Source: Verrucomicrobiaceae bacterium
Lineage (GTDB): Bacteria; Pseudomonadota; Gammaproteobacteria; Pseudomonadales; CAMLJR01
Reading direction: 5' to 3'
Length of the DNA stretch: 64,000 nt
Assembly: GCA_028293825.1 (NCBI GenBank)
Contig: JAQGNY010000027.1
Location: forward strand, 17,531-81,530
Below are positions 1 through 9,651 of the stretch, one piece after another. The first letter of the stretch is position 1. Every line of letters starts with the position of its first letter. The notes beneath the pieces are model-generated. The model did not search any database. It saw only the letters and a program-made list of their open reading frames with translations, and was not told the DNA's origin. The position numbers and the translations under genes are program-made.

Positions 1-1246
1 TACCCATCAACATCCGACAGAAATTAGCGAGTCCACTGGCGCTCGGGATTTTTTCCGGCGGCAATCCCGATAGAATAATTGCCGTCAGCGGCACAAAAAA
101 TAACGCCATTGGAATGCCTTGCAGCAACGCCGGAATCATCAGCGTTTTTGCATCGACGCTGGTATTGAAATGCGAGCGCAGCAAAAACACCAACGCAAAC
201 ACTAGATAGCCGACGGTCGCACTCCAGCGTAAATCCCATTTCGTCAGATATTTTCCGACCAGGGGAGAAAGCAAAATCGCGAGCAATCCGACCGGTGCCA
301 TTACCAATCCAGCGTTCGTCGCTGTGTAGCCGATTTGCGTTTGCAGCCATAACGGCAGCACCACGAGATTGCCGAAAAACACGCCGTAGGCCAATGCGAA
401 AGCAATAACACCAGCCCAAAAACTGCGGTGTTTAAACAGCATTAAATCGACGATGGGGTGCTTTTCGGTAAGCTCCCAAATCAGAAAGAAAACAAAGCCG
501 ATAAATGCGACCGCAGTCAGCGTTAAAATTTCCCACGAATTAAACCAATCGAGCTCTTTACCTTTATCAAGCGTAATTTGTAACGCGCCGACCCATATCA
601 CCAACAGCGCAATACCAATGGTATCAATAGGTAATTTTCGCGTCATCGATTCACGCGTGCGATACAACCGCCAAATAATTGCAGCAGTGAGCAAACCCAA
701 CGGCACGTTGATATAAAAAATCCAAGGCCAGGTGTAATTGTCTGAAATCCAACCGCCCAGCACCGGTCCGATCACGGGCGCGACCATCGTCGTAATACTC
801 CAGATCGCCAATGCCATACCGCTTTTATGTTTCGGAAATGTCGATAACAACAGCGCCTGTGACAGCGGGATCATCGGGCCTGCGACCAGACCTTGCAGGA
901 TGCGTGCGGCAATTAAAAATTGAATATTCGGTGCAATGCCGCACAGCAGTGAGGAAAAAACAAATAGGACAACCGAGGCCACAAATAAATGCACTTGGCC
1001 GAAACGCTGCGTCAACCAACCGGTGAGTGGAACCGAAATCGCATTGGCGACGGCAAATGATGTAATCACCCACGTGCCTTGATTTGGCGACACGCCGAGA
1101 TCGCCGGAAATGGCGGGAATAGAAACGTTTGCAATCGATGTGTCGAGCACATTCATAAACGTTGCGAGTGCGAGCGCAACGGAACCTAACATCAGTTGTG
1201 TGCCTTGCAGTGGTGCCGGCGCGGCCATCGGTGTTGAATCTGCCAT
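1..1246 (-). CDS. emrB: DHA2-family (EmrB/QacA-type) MFS efflux permease; the 3' end is cut by the window edge
   Basis: Absent from the ORF track because it has no stop codon inside the window. My reverse-strand translation from the ATG (complement of 1244-1246) reads MADSTPMAAPAPLQGTQLMLGSVALALATFMNVLDTSIANVSIPAISGDLGVSPNQGTWVITSFAVANAISVPLTGWLTQRFGQ...ARILQGLVAGPMIPLSQALL... and stays open to base 2. This is a typical EmrB-type N-terminus. The gene sits downstream of the emrA-like gene. Confidence 0.85.
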   Translation of the reverse strand, partial: MADSTPMAAPAPLQGTQLMLGSVALALATFMNVLDTSIANVSIPAISGDLGVSPNQGTWVITSFAVANAISVPLTGWLTQRFGQVHLFVASVVLFVFSSLLCGIAPNIQFLIAARILQGLVAGPMIPLSQALLLSTFPKHKSGMALAIWSITTMVAPVIGPVLGGWISDNYTWPWIFYINVPLGLLTAAIIWRLYRTRESMTRKLPIDTIGIALLVIWVGALQITLDKGKELDWFNSWEILTLTAVAFIGFVFFLIWELTEKHPIVDLMLFKHRSFWAGVIAFALAYGVFFGNLVVLPLWLQTQIGYTATNAGLVMAPVGLLAILLSPLVGKYLTKWDLRWSATVGYLVFALVFLLRSHFNTSVDAKTLMIPALLQGIPMALFFVPLTAIILSGLPPEKIPSASGLANFCRMLMG

Positions 1247-1331
1247 AGCGGTTTTTCCAGCAGAAAAATTCAGTGATTTATCGGCAATAATGCCGCACTA
1301 ATAATTGACGCAGAATGCGTCGTAAGCTTTT

Positions 1332-1364
1332 CGAAAATAGGAATACATCGCAGCGATGTATTCC
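1332..1364 (-). terminator. Terminator-like or attenuator hairpin between emrA and emrB
   Basis: The minus strand reads GGAATACATCG-CTG-CGATGTATTCC (perfect 11-bp stem, 3-nt loop; 1340-1364) followed by TATTTTCG. It lies in the 147-nt gap between the emrA stop and the emrB start. Confidence 0.45.
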
Positions 1365-1392
1365 GAGTTTATTCGAACGAACGCATTGCCCT

Positions 1393-2643
1393 TCAATACA
1401 CGCTGACGAGCGTGGAGTTGCCATCGTTCTGTTTAATGCTCGACTGGTTTTTCTTTACGACGGATTTTTGCGTGTCGTTGTCGCCGCGGTTTTTCGCGAT
1501 GATACGTTTTACTAATTCGTCGGCTTCAGTATCGAGCCGGCTATACACCGTGGTTTGATACGCCGGCTGCGCGCGCGAAGCGGTAGAGAGTTGCGCACCG
1601 CTCTGATCTTTTACATCGACCGTGGCAATAACGGACAAACCAATTCGCAATGGATGGGTTTTTAATTCCTGTGGATCGATCTGAACTTTAATCGGAATAC
1701 GTTGCACAATTTTGATCCAGTTACCAGTGGCATTTTGCGCCGGTAATAAACTAAAGGCGGAACCGGTGCCGGCGCCGAGGCCAACAATTTTGCCGTGATA
1801 TTCCACTTTGCCACCGTACATGTCCGCCTCCAATTGCACCGGTTGCCCAATGCGCATTTGCGCGAGCTGGCCTTCTTTGAAGTTCGCATCGACCCACACT
1901 TGATCGAGCGGCACGATGGCGAGCAACGGCGAACCTGGTACAACATGCTGACCGACTTGCACCGAGCGCTTCGCCACATAACCGTCGACCGCCGCAGGAA
2001 TTGCCGCGCGTTGATAATCCAAATACGCGGCGTGTACTTTCGATGCGGCTTGCTGCACCGCGGGGTGATCGTCGACCGTCGTGTTCTGTGTGAAGGCTTG
2101 ATTGGTTGCGAGTTTTTCTTGCGCCGCTAACAGATCCGCTTGCGCGCTCTTCATCGCGGTTTCCGCATGATTTAATTCTTCAAATGAAACGGCGCCGGTT
2201 TTAGTCAAATTGCTGCGCCGTTTTAAATCGGCCTGCGCTTTCGCCACCTGACTTTGCGCAAGTTCGACATTGGCCGACAACGACGAGTTGGTGGTAAACA
2301 GCGAGCGCACCTGCCGCACCGTTTGCGCCAGTTGCGCTTCGGCTTGATCGAGCGCAACTTTTACATCGGCTTTATCGAGCAGCACTAATTCGTCGCCGGC
2401 TTTCACGAAATCGGTGTCGTCCGCTTTAATCGCAACGACAGTGCCCGGCGTTTGTGGCGTGACGATTACCACGTTGCCAGCGACGTACGCGTCGTCGGTG
2501 CTTTGATAAAAGCGGCCGTGCAAGCCCCAGTAAATTCCATAGCTGACACCGGCGATAACAAAAACGCTCGCCGCAATAATCAGTGCGCGTTTGCGCTTGC
2601 CGTTTGGTGCGGCGGTGGATGAAGTTTCACTTTGCGTGTTCAT
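1393..2643 (-). CDS. emrA: HlyD/EmrA-family membrane fusion protein (periplasmic adaptor)
   Basis: 416-aa ORF with an N-terminal TM anchor (ALIIAASVFVIAGVSYGIYW), then the YQSTDDAYVAGNVV motif typical of EmrA, a long coiled-coil segment and a beta-barrel C-terminus. It sits between the OMF and MFS pump genes. Confidence 0.9.
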   Translation of the reverse strand: MNTQSETSSTAAPNGKRKRALIIAASVFVIAGVSYGIYWGLHGRFYQSTDDAYVAGNVVIVTPQTPGTVVAIKADDTDFVKAGDELVLLDKADVKVALDQAEAQLAQTVRQVRSLFTTNSSLSANVELAQSQVAKAQADLKRRSNLTKTGAVSFEELNHAETAMKSAQADLLAAQEKLATNQAFTQNTTVDDHPAVQQAASKVHAAYLDYQRAAIPAAVDGYVAKRSVQVGQHVVPGSPLLAIVPLDQVWVDANFKEGQLAQMRIGQPVQLEADMYGGKVEYHGKIVGLGAGTGSAFSLLPAQNATGNWIKIVQRIPIKVQIDPQELKTHPLRIGLSVIATVDVKDQSGAQLSTASRAQPAYQTTVYSRLDTEADELVKRIIAKNRGDNDTQKSVVKKNQSSIKQNDGNSTLVSVY

Positions 2644-2670
2644 GATGAACTCCCAATCGTATGCGTTGAA

Positions 2671-4161
2671 TTACCGCGCTGATACAGCAGCGGTGGAGGA
2701 AGAGGCTTGTGCGACGGGCGCCGATGCACCGAAGCCACCACCGAGCGCTTTAATTAAATTCACGCGCACGGCGAGTTCGCCGGCGGTTAACTCAGTGCCC
2801 AATTGTTCTTGCGTCAGCACCAGCGTTTCGGCGTTCAATACATAGAGATAATTGCCGAGGCCGGCTTCGTAGCGTTGTGTGGCGAGTGCCAGTGCTTCGC
2901 GCGCAACGGTTAGCGCATTTTGTTGTTCGCGCACGCGCACCTGCAGCCATTTATACGTGTTGAGCTGATCGGCGACATCGCGCAGTGCGGTACTTAATGT
3001 TTGATCGTAAACGGCGACCGCTTCTTCATAACCGGCGTATTTTTGTTTGAGATTGGCGCGCAAAGCGCCACCCACAAAAATTGGCAAACTCACCGCGGGG
3101 CCAATTCCGTATTGCAGACTATTCGAGCGCGCGATGTTGTCGAGCCCGAAACTGGTGTAACCGATAGCGGCATTTAAATTGACGTTCGGATAAAACTCGG
3201 CCTTGGCGACATCGGTTTCGCGCTGCGCCGCTTCAACCCGCCACCGCGATGCAACGATATCGGGACGACGTCCGAGTAAATCGAGTGGCACATTGTCCGG
3301 CAATTGCGCGGCGATAATTTGCGGTGTCGTTAATTGCGGTCGCGCGATTTGTAAGCCGCGATCCGGGCCGGCACCAGTTAATACCGCGAGTGCGTTGCGC
3401 ATCGCGCCGATCGATTCGTCGATCTGCGCGAGCTGGCCGCGAATTGCAGGTAATTGCGCTTCCGCTTGTTTTAAATCTGAACGCGTATCGAGGCCGTTAT
3501 CGACGCGCTGCTGCGTCAACGTAAAAATTTTCTCGCGCTGCTCCAGTGATTGCGCAACGACATCGCGCAATTCATAGAGGCGAAATAATTCGATATAGCT
3601 CTTCGTTAATGATGACGTTACCAACAGTCGCGAACTGGCCTCTTCGGCTTCAAGCGCTTGCTGCGACGACAGCGCGGCTTTCACCGCATTGCGATTCTTT
3701 CCCCAGAAATCGATTTCATAACCCGCGCTCAATTGCAGCTGATTGTTGAACACGGTGGCGCCATCGAACGGCGGTGGGATTTCCCAGGTTTCGCTGAAAT
3801 GCTGATATTGAACATCGGCGCTGGCATTGACCTGCGGATACAGCGCCGCGCGTGCGATACCGGTATAAGCCTGTGCTGATTTCATCCGTGCTGCGGCAAT
3901 CTGTAGCGAAGGATTTTGCGTTAACGCTTCGCTGATCAAGGCATCGAGCTGTGCATCGCCGAATTGCGTCCACCAGGTTTGCGCGGGCCAATCGCCCAGG
4001 CTCGCCTTAAGGGACTCATTCGTCGCGAACGAATCGACTTGGCGCGGTTTTTTGTCGCTGTGAATATCGCCATAGCTGGCGCAGCCGCTGATGATACTGA
4101 GCGCGAGCAGGCCAATGCCCAAGGCGATACCATCGCGCGTTTTAACGATACGTTGCAGCAT
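2671..4161 (-). CDS. NodT-family efflux outer-membrane lipoprotein (OMF)
   Basis: 496-aa ORF with a signal peptide and lipobox (LALSIISGC). It shows the two-repeat TolC-like architecture and the WWTQFGD motif typical of NodT/OprM-type factors. It lies 27 nt upstream of emrA. Confidence 0.9.
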   Translation of the reverse strand: MLQRIVKTRDGIALGIGLLALSIISGCASYGDIHSDKKPRQVDSFATNESLKASLGDWPAQTWWTQFGDAQLDALISEALTQNPSLQIAAARMKSAQAYTGIARAALYPQVNASADVQYQHFSETWEIPPPFDGATVFNNQLQLSAGYEIDFWGKNRNAVKAALSSQQALEAEEASSRLLVTSSLTKSYIELFRLYELRDVVAQSLEQREKIFTLTQQRVDNGLDTRSDLKQAEAQLPAIRGQLAQIDESIGAMRNALAVLTGAGPDRGLQIARPQLTTPQIIAAQLPDNVPLDLLGRRPDIVASRWRVEAAQRETDVAKAEFYPNVNLNAAIGYTSFGLDNIARSNSLQYGIGPAVSLPIFVGGALRANLKQKYAGYEEAVAVYDQTLSTALRDVADQLNTYKWLQVRVREQQNALTVAREALALATQRYEAGLGNYLYVLNAETLVLTQEQLGTELTAGELAVRVNLIKALGGGFGASAPVAQASSSTAAVSAR

Positions 4162-4163
4162 GA

Positions 4164-4742
4164 TTATTCGCTCACTGGTTTGCTGGTCGTGCCCGGTTTG
4201 TTGGTGCTACCTGGCACTGTGACGCCGCCATTGCCGAGAAGTCGGTGCAAGCAGTTCTTCATTGTTTCCAATTCGCTTCGATCAAATCCCTGCAGATGCC
4301 GATTCATCACATTGATTGGTACCGCGGGTAGTTTTTCGACGAGCTGTTTGCCCGCGTCGCTCAGCTCGATATTGATAACGCGACGATCGTCCTGGCTGCG
4401 CACGCGGTTCACGATGCCTTTGGCTTCAAGACGATCGAGCATGCGAGTAATGGCGCCGGTATCGCCGCAGGTTTCACGCGCCAGGTCGGCAGCGGTCGAG
4501 CAATTGCACTCGGACAGAATCATCAGAATGCTAAATTGCTGATGGGTTAGGTCATAGCGAGACAGCTCTTGATCCAGTGCGTTGGAGAACATCGCCACGG
4601 TGCGTTTTAGCAAATAACCCAGACTCTCGCTGAGCCGGTAGCCCTCAAGCTGATAGAGGCCGGAAGGGTCTTCTATGCCGGCGCTGGGTAGATCAAGCTT
4701 GTCCATCAATTCTTCGATACCCATAGTTTGCTGCTCCAACAA
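4164..4742 (-). CDS. MarR-family transcriptional regulator, first gene of the efflux operon
   Basis: 192-aa ORF with a winged-helix core (LTHQQFSILMILSE...STAADLARETCGDTGAITRMLDRLEAKGIVNRVRSQDDRRV). Its stop is 2 nt from the OMF start. Confidence 0.85.
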   Translation of the reverse strand: MLEQQTMGIEELMDKLDLPSAGIEDPSGLYQLEGYRLSESLGYLLKRTVAMFSNALDQELSRYDLTHQQFSILMILSECNCSTAADLARETCGDTGAITRMLDRLEAKGIVNRVRSQDDRRVINIELSDAGKQLVEKLPAVPINVMNRHLQGFDRSELETMKNCLHRLLGNGGVTVPGSTNKPGTTSKPVSE

Positions 4743-4947
4743 TCACTGCTATGGCAGCAATATAGTTTGAGATAGCTGCCTAGGCAAGTATTTTTTGCGG
4801 CCGCAATTAATGTTGGGACGAGTTACGGCGACCTGAATCAAAGTAACTGGGCCGGAACAGTGGGGGAGAGCATAACGAGGCGAGGGTGCGAGCCCTCGTT
4901 AATCGATGGAGAAAGGAAAGCGACAAGAGCCTATGAAGCGAAAATAA

Positions 4948-5829
4948 TTACCGAGAAATAGCGGCGAGAAATCCATCAATGCCAGCTAAGCATTCCGGTT
5001 CATTCAGCAGCGGCGCATGGCCGCGATTAGCCACGATGAGTTGCTGTAAATTCGGGTTTTCGCCGGCCATTCGCTCGACGGTTTGCGCGCTGAGAATATC
5101 GGAATGTTCGCCACGAATGACCAGAATCGGAATTTGCGTAAGTTGAGCAAAAACGGGCCAGATATTTTGCGGCGCGGTAGCGGCTGCTCGTAACGCATCG
5201 CCAATTTTTGGATCGGAATCCGCTATCGGCACACCGTCCTCGCGCTCGCGAAAAGATTGTTTGGTGTAAGCCAGCCATTGCTCGTCGCTGAGGCCCGGTA
5301 GCGCGTGCTCGAATATCGAACGTACTTGCGCGGTGGCTTCCTGCCAGTTATGCACTGGCGGGATTTTGCCCGCGTATTTTGCGATTCGCGCGAGCCCGAC
5401 GGGATCGAGCTCTGGCCCTGCATCGTTAAGCACCAACCCTGCGATGCGCTGCGGTTGCTGCGAGCCCAGCAGCATTCCCATCAGTGCACCCATTGAGGTG
5501 CCGATCACAATTATTTTGTCGATGCGTAAAAAGTCGAGCAGTACCCACACGTCGTTTACGTAAGTGAGCGGATGATAGTTTTGCCAGATCGGATCGTAGG
5601 TAGAGCGACCGCGACCGCGCACATCCGGTGCGAGCACGCGATAGTCGCGCTGTAAGTGCCGTGCTAATTCAATAAAGTCACGGCTGTTTCGGGTCAGGCC
5701 GTGCAGACATAAAATTGTCGGCGCATTGCTGCGCGCGGTTTGAAAGTCGCGGCAAAAAAGCGTTAAGCCGTCGGCCGCTGGATAACTAAATTCAGTGATT
5801 GCGGAGTTCATAGCGAGGCGCCTCAGCAC
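4948..5829 (-). CDS. Alpha/beta-fold hydrolase
   Basis: 293-aa ORF with an HGLTRNSRDF oxyanion region, a nucleophile elbow GTSMGA (GxSxG) and a C-terminal His (NRGHAP). Confidence 0.8.
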   Translation of the reverse strand: MLRRLAMNSAITEFSYPAADGLTLFCRDFQTARSNAPTILCLHGLTRNSRDFIELARHLQRDYRVLAPDVRGRGRSTYDPIWQNYHPLTYVNDVWVLLDFLRIDKIIVIGTSMGALMGMLLGSQQPQRIAGLVLNDAGPELDPVGLARIAKYAGKIPPVHNWQEATAQVRSIFEHALPGLSDEQWLAYTKQSFREREDGVPIADSDPKIGDALRAAATAPQNIWPVFAQLTQIPILVIRGEHSDILSAQTVERMAGENPNLQQLIVANRGHAPLLNEPECLAGIDGFLAAISR

Positions 5830-6177
5830 AATAATTACGTCAATGGTGGATGTTATTTGTCGTGTAGTGAAATTGCGACAGTGAAATTACTAAAATATCT
5901 CGGATTTTTTACCGTACTTTATTTTTTTTGATTTTTCCTGAGGCATTAATGACAACGATCATATCCGCAAATTGCCGATAGCAATTCATACCATAATTTA
6001 AAGTGTTTTCTCAGCAGCAGTGTATCGAGATTCAAATTTTTTTCATGAGCGAACTTTAATCCGCGCCGGTTTAGCGCTACCGCATTTAGCTGCTACGCTT
6101 TTCGAATATTAGGATTTAAGGCGACATCGCGAATGCTCTTCGTTGGTGCGTTAAACATTGGTTGTTGAGATAAAAAT

Positions 6178-9100
6178 ATGTCCGACCCAGATGCGCCGAT
6201 AGATCCGCAGGATCTTGGCCACTCTGAGCCTTTATTGGCGTCGATTCAGATTTATGCGCAGGAAGAGCTGCAGCGTCTGCTCGAATTTTTTTTCGACGAG
6301 GCCGAATTTCGTCTAATTCAGCTAGCCCAACACGGCAACTCGACCCGCCGTCATGCGCTTGCATTCGAAACCATTGGTTTACTTAAACGTAGCAAAGTTT
6401 CGATTAGCGCCGCAGTGGTCGGCAAGATTGCACTGTTTGCAAACCCCGCAAAAATTATCGCGCCAGTATCGCCTTCAAAAAAAATCGCCACTGAGTTAGA
6501 GCTGCTCGATTTGCAATTGCTTGATGCACAACTTGCATTGGGGGGAATTATTCGACGCAGCACGCAGCGCTGGTCACAGTTGCTGTATGGCGTCGAGCAG
6601 CGTTGCGCTTATTTGCTGAAGAAAAATATCGATAGCGATAATTTTCCGTGGGGTATCGCTTTTATTGCACGCACGCTGAACGACAGTTTGATTGAGGCAG
6701 GCGCTGCATTAGAAATGTTGCCGCCATTAATTATTGCGGCCGAGGCTTCGCTGATGCGCGGCCTCGGCGATATGTACGATGAAGTTAACGAAAAATTAAA
6801 GCGTGCCGGTATTTTACCTGCGCTTGAAATTAATCAATGGCCGGCATTGCAACGTTTTAAACAGCAGGCGCGTGTCGCTGAAACGCAAGCTGCCGACACT
6901 AACGTTACAGATACTCACACCTCGTCTGTTGAAAATATTCAGCCGCAACCATTGCCGCCAGAAACCCATGCAGCATCGCGAAAATTGTTGCACTTATTGC
7001 GCGAATCAAAAAATTCGACAGCGGTGCAATCAATCAATGCCAATACGGAAAATCGCGAGCCGTTAAATCGCGATACATTACTGCGCGCGTTGGCCGAATT
7101 GCGCGGCGATGCATCTTTTGTTGTCAACACATCGTTGCTGCAACGGTTGGACGAGTTATTCGCAGCCCAAGGTGTGCACGGCGCGATCGCCGAGCAAAGC
7201 GCGGATCAATTGCAGTTATCCGAGGCTGTAATTACCGAGCTAAATAGTTTATTGCACGATGTGCCGCAGCTCGCGGCGCTCGTTCAACAGTTGCAAATAC
7301 CGCTCGCGAATGCCGCGCTATTGCAACCGCAATTATTTGAGCAGCCGGGTAATCCCGCTCACCAAATTGTGAATACGGTGGGTGGCTTATTCGAAGCCAG
7401 CGATATTCGCAATGTGCCATTTGGACAAAAAATATCGCAAATTCTCGACCCGCTTACGCATGAAAATAATTTGCAACCGGCCACGTTCGCAACTGTTGCT
7501 GCCGAATTGGCCCGCATGAGCGAGCAGCAATTGAAAGCACGCGAGCGCAGTATTCAGCGCTTGGTTGAAACCTGCGAAGGCCAACAAACGCTGGCGCAGG
7601 CGCAGGGCGCCGTCGACCGCGAATTACATCGCAGGCTCGCACATGTCGCGCTACCTCAATTAATTGTCGACATCGTGCAACAAGGTTGGCGCGAGTTGTT
7701 GCGGATTACTTATTTGCGCAACGGCGAAGCCAGTGAAGAATGGGCCGAATCGTTAAATCTTCTCGAAGAAACATTATGGTGGTTCAACAACGCGCAACAG
7801 GCAGGCAGTCAAAAACAGCGTGCCCAAGCAGAGTGGCAGCAGGCCACGCAGTTGCTGTGCGAGCGCATCAAACAACGCCTCGATAAATATTTTCCACACG
7901 ATTATCGACATGTGATGTTGGTCGATGCAATGCGCAGCTCGCTGCAGCAAGGACCTATCGCAATGGCCACGTCGGTCTTTGAATTGCCGAGCGGACGCTT
8001 GCGCAATCAAGTCGCTTTGATGTCCGAGCTGGAACAGGCCTATCCTGATTTGGTGCGTTGGTTTCGCCGTGCGCGCGATTTTAAACGCGGCGATATTTTT
8101 TCACATTTCAGCGACACATCAAGACAGCTGCACACGTTGGCCTGGGTGGGTGCCGAACATCAGCATTTTGTTTTTGTGAATACCCGCGGCAATAAAAGTT
8201 TTGATTTCGATTTGGTCGATTTAGCGCGTGAGTTGGCTGATGGCTTTTATCCGGTCGAAGACGCGGCCAATTGGACGGTCGTTGAGCGTGCGGTATTAAA
8301 CGGCGCGCAGGCGGCATACGCGCAGATTGCTTTCAGTAGTTCGCACGATTCGCTGACGGGTTTGTATAACCGGCGCGAATTTGAAGCGCAACTGGAGGCT
8401 GCGCTGCTCGATGCAAAAAATAAAATAGAGCGATATGCGTTGCTCTATATCGATATCGATCAATTCGCATTAATTAATGACTTACATGGTCACGTTATTG
8501 GCGATGCCATTTTGCAACAAACTGCGCAGCGGTTAATTAGCGGTGTCGATGACGGCGCGTTTCTGGCGCGAATGGCAGGTAATGAATTTGCGGTGTTGTT
8601 ATATCGCGACAAAGTGGCAGCGACAGAGATGGCGGAAACGCTGCGTGAGAATATCGCACACGCGCCGTTTGAATTAAACGATGCGCATATCGAGCTGACG
8701 ATTAGCATAGGCCTCGTCGAAATTAATAAATACGCAGACAGCGCCAGCAACCTATTACGCGATGCAATTTACGCCTGCGATTCGGCCAAAAAATACGGTC
8801 GCGATCGAATCTTTTTACTCGATAGCGACGTTGAGGTGGTAACGCGCAGAGACAAATTACTGACCTGGATTAACAAACTCAACACGGTTATGGAAAGCGA
8901 AACACTGGTGCTGCGCGCGCAACCCATCGTGCGTGTTAATAATGCGCAGCAGGTTAAGCACTATGAAATTTTACTGGGACTGCGCGCCGACGATGGCAGC
9001 ATTTTGCCGCCCAGTGATTTTATCGAAGCAGCGGAATGCTACAACCGCATGCAGCGTGTGGACCGCTGGGTGGTCAGTCATTCTTTCGCGTGGTTGCAGC

Positions 9101-9606
9101 GAGCCAACGCACAAATGAGTGAGGCGCCGACGCTATCGATTAATTTATCCGCCAACAGTCTCAACGACGGCGCCTTTCTGGATTTTTTAATCGAACAGTT
9201 TGGCGTTTACGGTATTGCTCCGCGTTCGATTTGTTTTGAAGTCACCGAAACTGCGACGATCGACAATTTGGCAAATGCGGCGGATTTTATTCGGCAGGCG
9301 AAAAAAATTGGCTGCTCGTTCGCGTTGGATGATTTTGGCACTGGGCGCTCATCGTACGAATATTTAAAACAGCTGCCGGTGGATTATTTAAAAATAGACG
9401 GCATGTTCATCGTTAATATCGACAAAGACCACAACGATTTACTGATGGTTAAATCGATCAACGAAATTGCGCATGCGATGGGAATTAAAACTATCGCCGA
9501 GTTTGTCGAGCGTATTGAGATATTAGATACCCTGTGCGAAATCGGTGTCGATTTCGCACAGGGTTACAGCATCGGTAAACCTGTTCTGCTTGAGCAAATT
9601 CATTAG
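6178..9606 (+). CDS. Large cytoplasmic signalling protein: about 700-aa N-terminal region (DUF1631-like), degenerate GGDEF domain and EAL phosphodiesterase domain
   Basis: 1142-aa ORF. The GGDEF-domain core is LTGLYNRREFE...YIDIDQFALINDLHGHVIGD..., but the signature reads AGNEF. The EAL domain carries YEILLGLR, SINLS, CFEVTE, DDFGTGRSSYEYL, KIDG, AEFVE and QGY. Confidence 0.85.
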   Translation: MSDPDAPIDPQDLGHSEPLLASIQIYAQEELQRLLEFFFDEAEFRLIQLAQHGNSTRRHALAFETIGLLKRSKVSISAAVVGKIALFANPAKIIAPVSPSKKIATELELLDLQLLDAQLALGGIIRRSTQRWSQLLYGVEQRCAYLLKKNIDSDNFPWGIAFIARTLNDSLIEAGAALEMLPPLIIAAEASLMRGLGDMYDEVNEKLKRAGILPALEINQWPALQRFKQQARVAETQAADTNVTDTHTSSVENIQPQPLPPETHAASRKLLHLLRESKNSTAVQSINANTENREPLNRDTLLRALAELRGDASFVVNTSLLQRLDELFAAQGVHGAIAEQSADQLQLSEAVITELNSLLHDVPQLAALVQQLQIPLANAALLQPQLFEQPGNPAHQIVNTVGGLFEASDIRNVPFGQKISQILDPLTHENNLQPATFATVAAELARMSEQQLKARERSIQRLVETCEGQQTLAQAQGAVDRELHRRLAHVALPQLIVDIVQQGWRELLRITYLRNGEASEEWAESLNLLEETLWWFNNAQQAGSQKQRAQAEWQQATQLLCERIKQRLDKYFPHDYRHVMLVDAMRSSLQQGPIAMATSVFELPSGRLRNQVALMSELEQAYPDLVRWFRRARDFKRGDIFSHFSDTSRQLHTLAWVGAEHQHFVFVNTRGNKSFDFDLVDLARELADGFYPVEDAANWTVVERAVLNGAQAAYAQIAFSSSHDSLTGLYNRREFEAQLEAALLDAKNKIERYALLYIDIDQFALINDLHGHVIGDAILQQTAQRLISGVDDGAFLARMAGNEFAVLLYRDKVAATEMAETLRENIAHAPFELNDAHIELTISIGLVEINKYADSASNLLRDAIYACDSAKKYGRDRIFLLDSDVEVVTRRDKLLTWINKLNTVMESETLVLRAQPIVRVNNAQQVKHYEILLGLRADDGSILPPSDFIEAAECYNRMQRVDRWVVSHSFAWLQRANAQMSEAPTLSINLSANSLNDGAFLDFLIEQFGVYGIAPRSICFEVTETATIDNLANAADFIRQAKKIGCSFALDDFGTGRSSYEYLKQLPVDYLKIDGMFIVNIDKDHNDLLMVKSINEIAHAMGIKTIAEFVERIEILDTLCEIGVDFAQGYSIGKPVLLEQIH

Positions 9607-9651
9607 TATGTTAATCGCCTGCCAGCCACGGGGGAGGGCGGCTACGCAAAA

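Noticed and set aside
24-1301. Short ORF-track entries at the left edge (24..419, 453..716, 738..923, 811..1026, 825..1073, 1110..1301)
   Set aside because: All fall inside the edge-truncated emrB-type MFS gene in the wrong frame or strand. The real frame was missed by the track because it lacks a stop in the window.
4746-4757. Imperfect palindrome ctgctatggcag just upstream of the first MarR gene, as a possible operator
   Set aside because: Only 4+4 arms pair cleanly, which is too weak to call from sequence alone.
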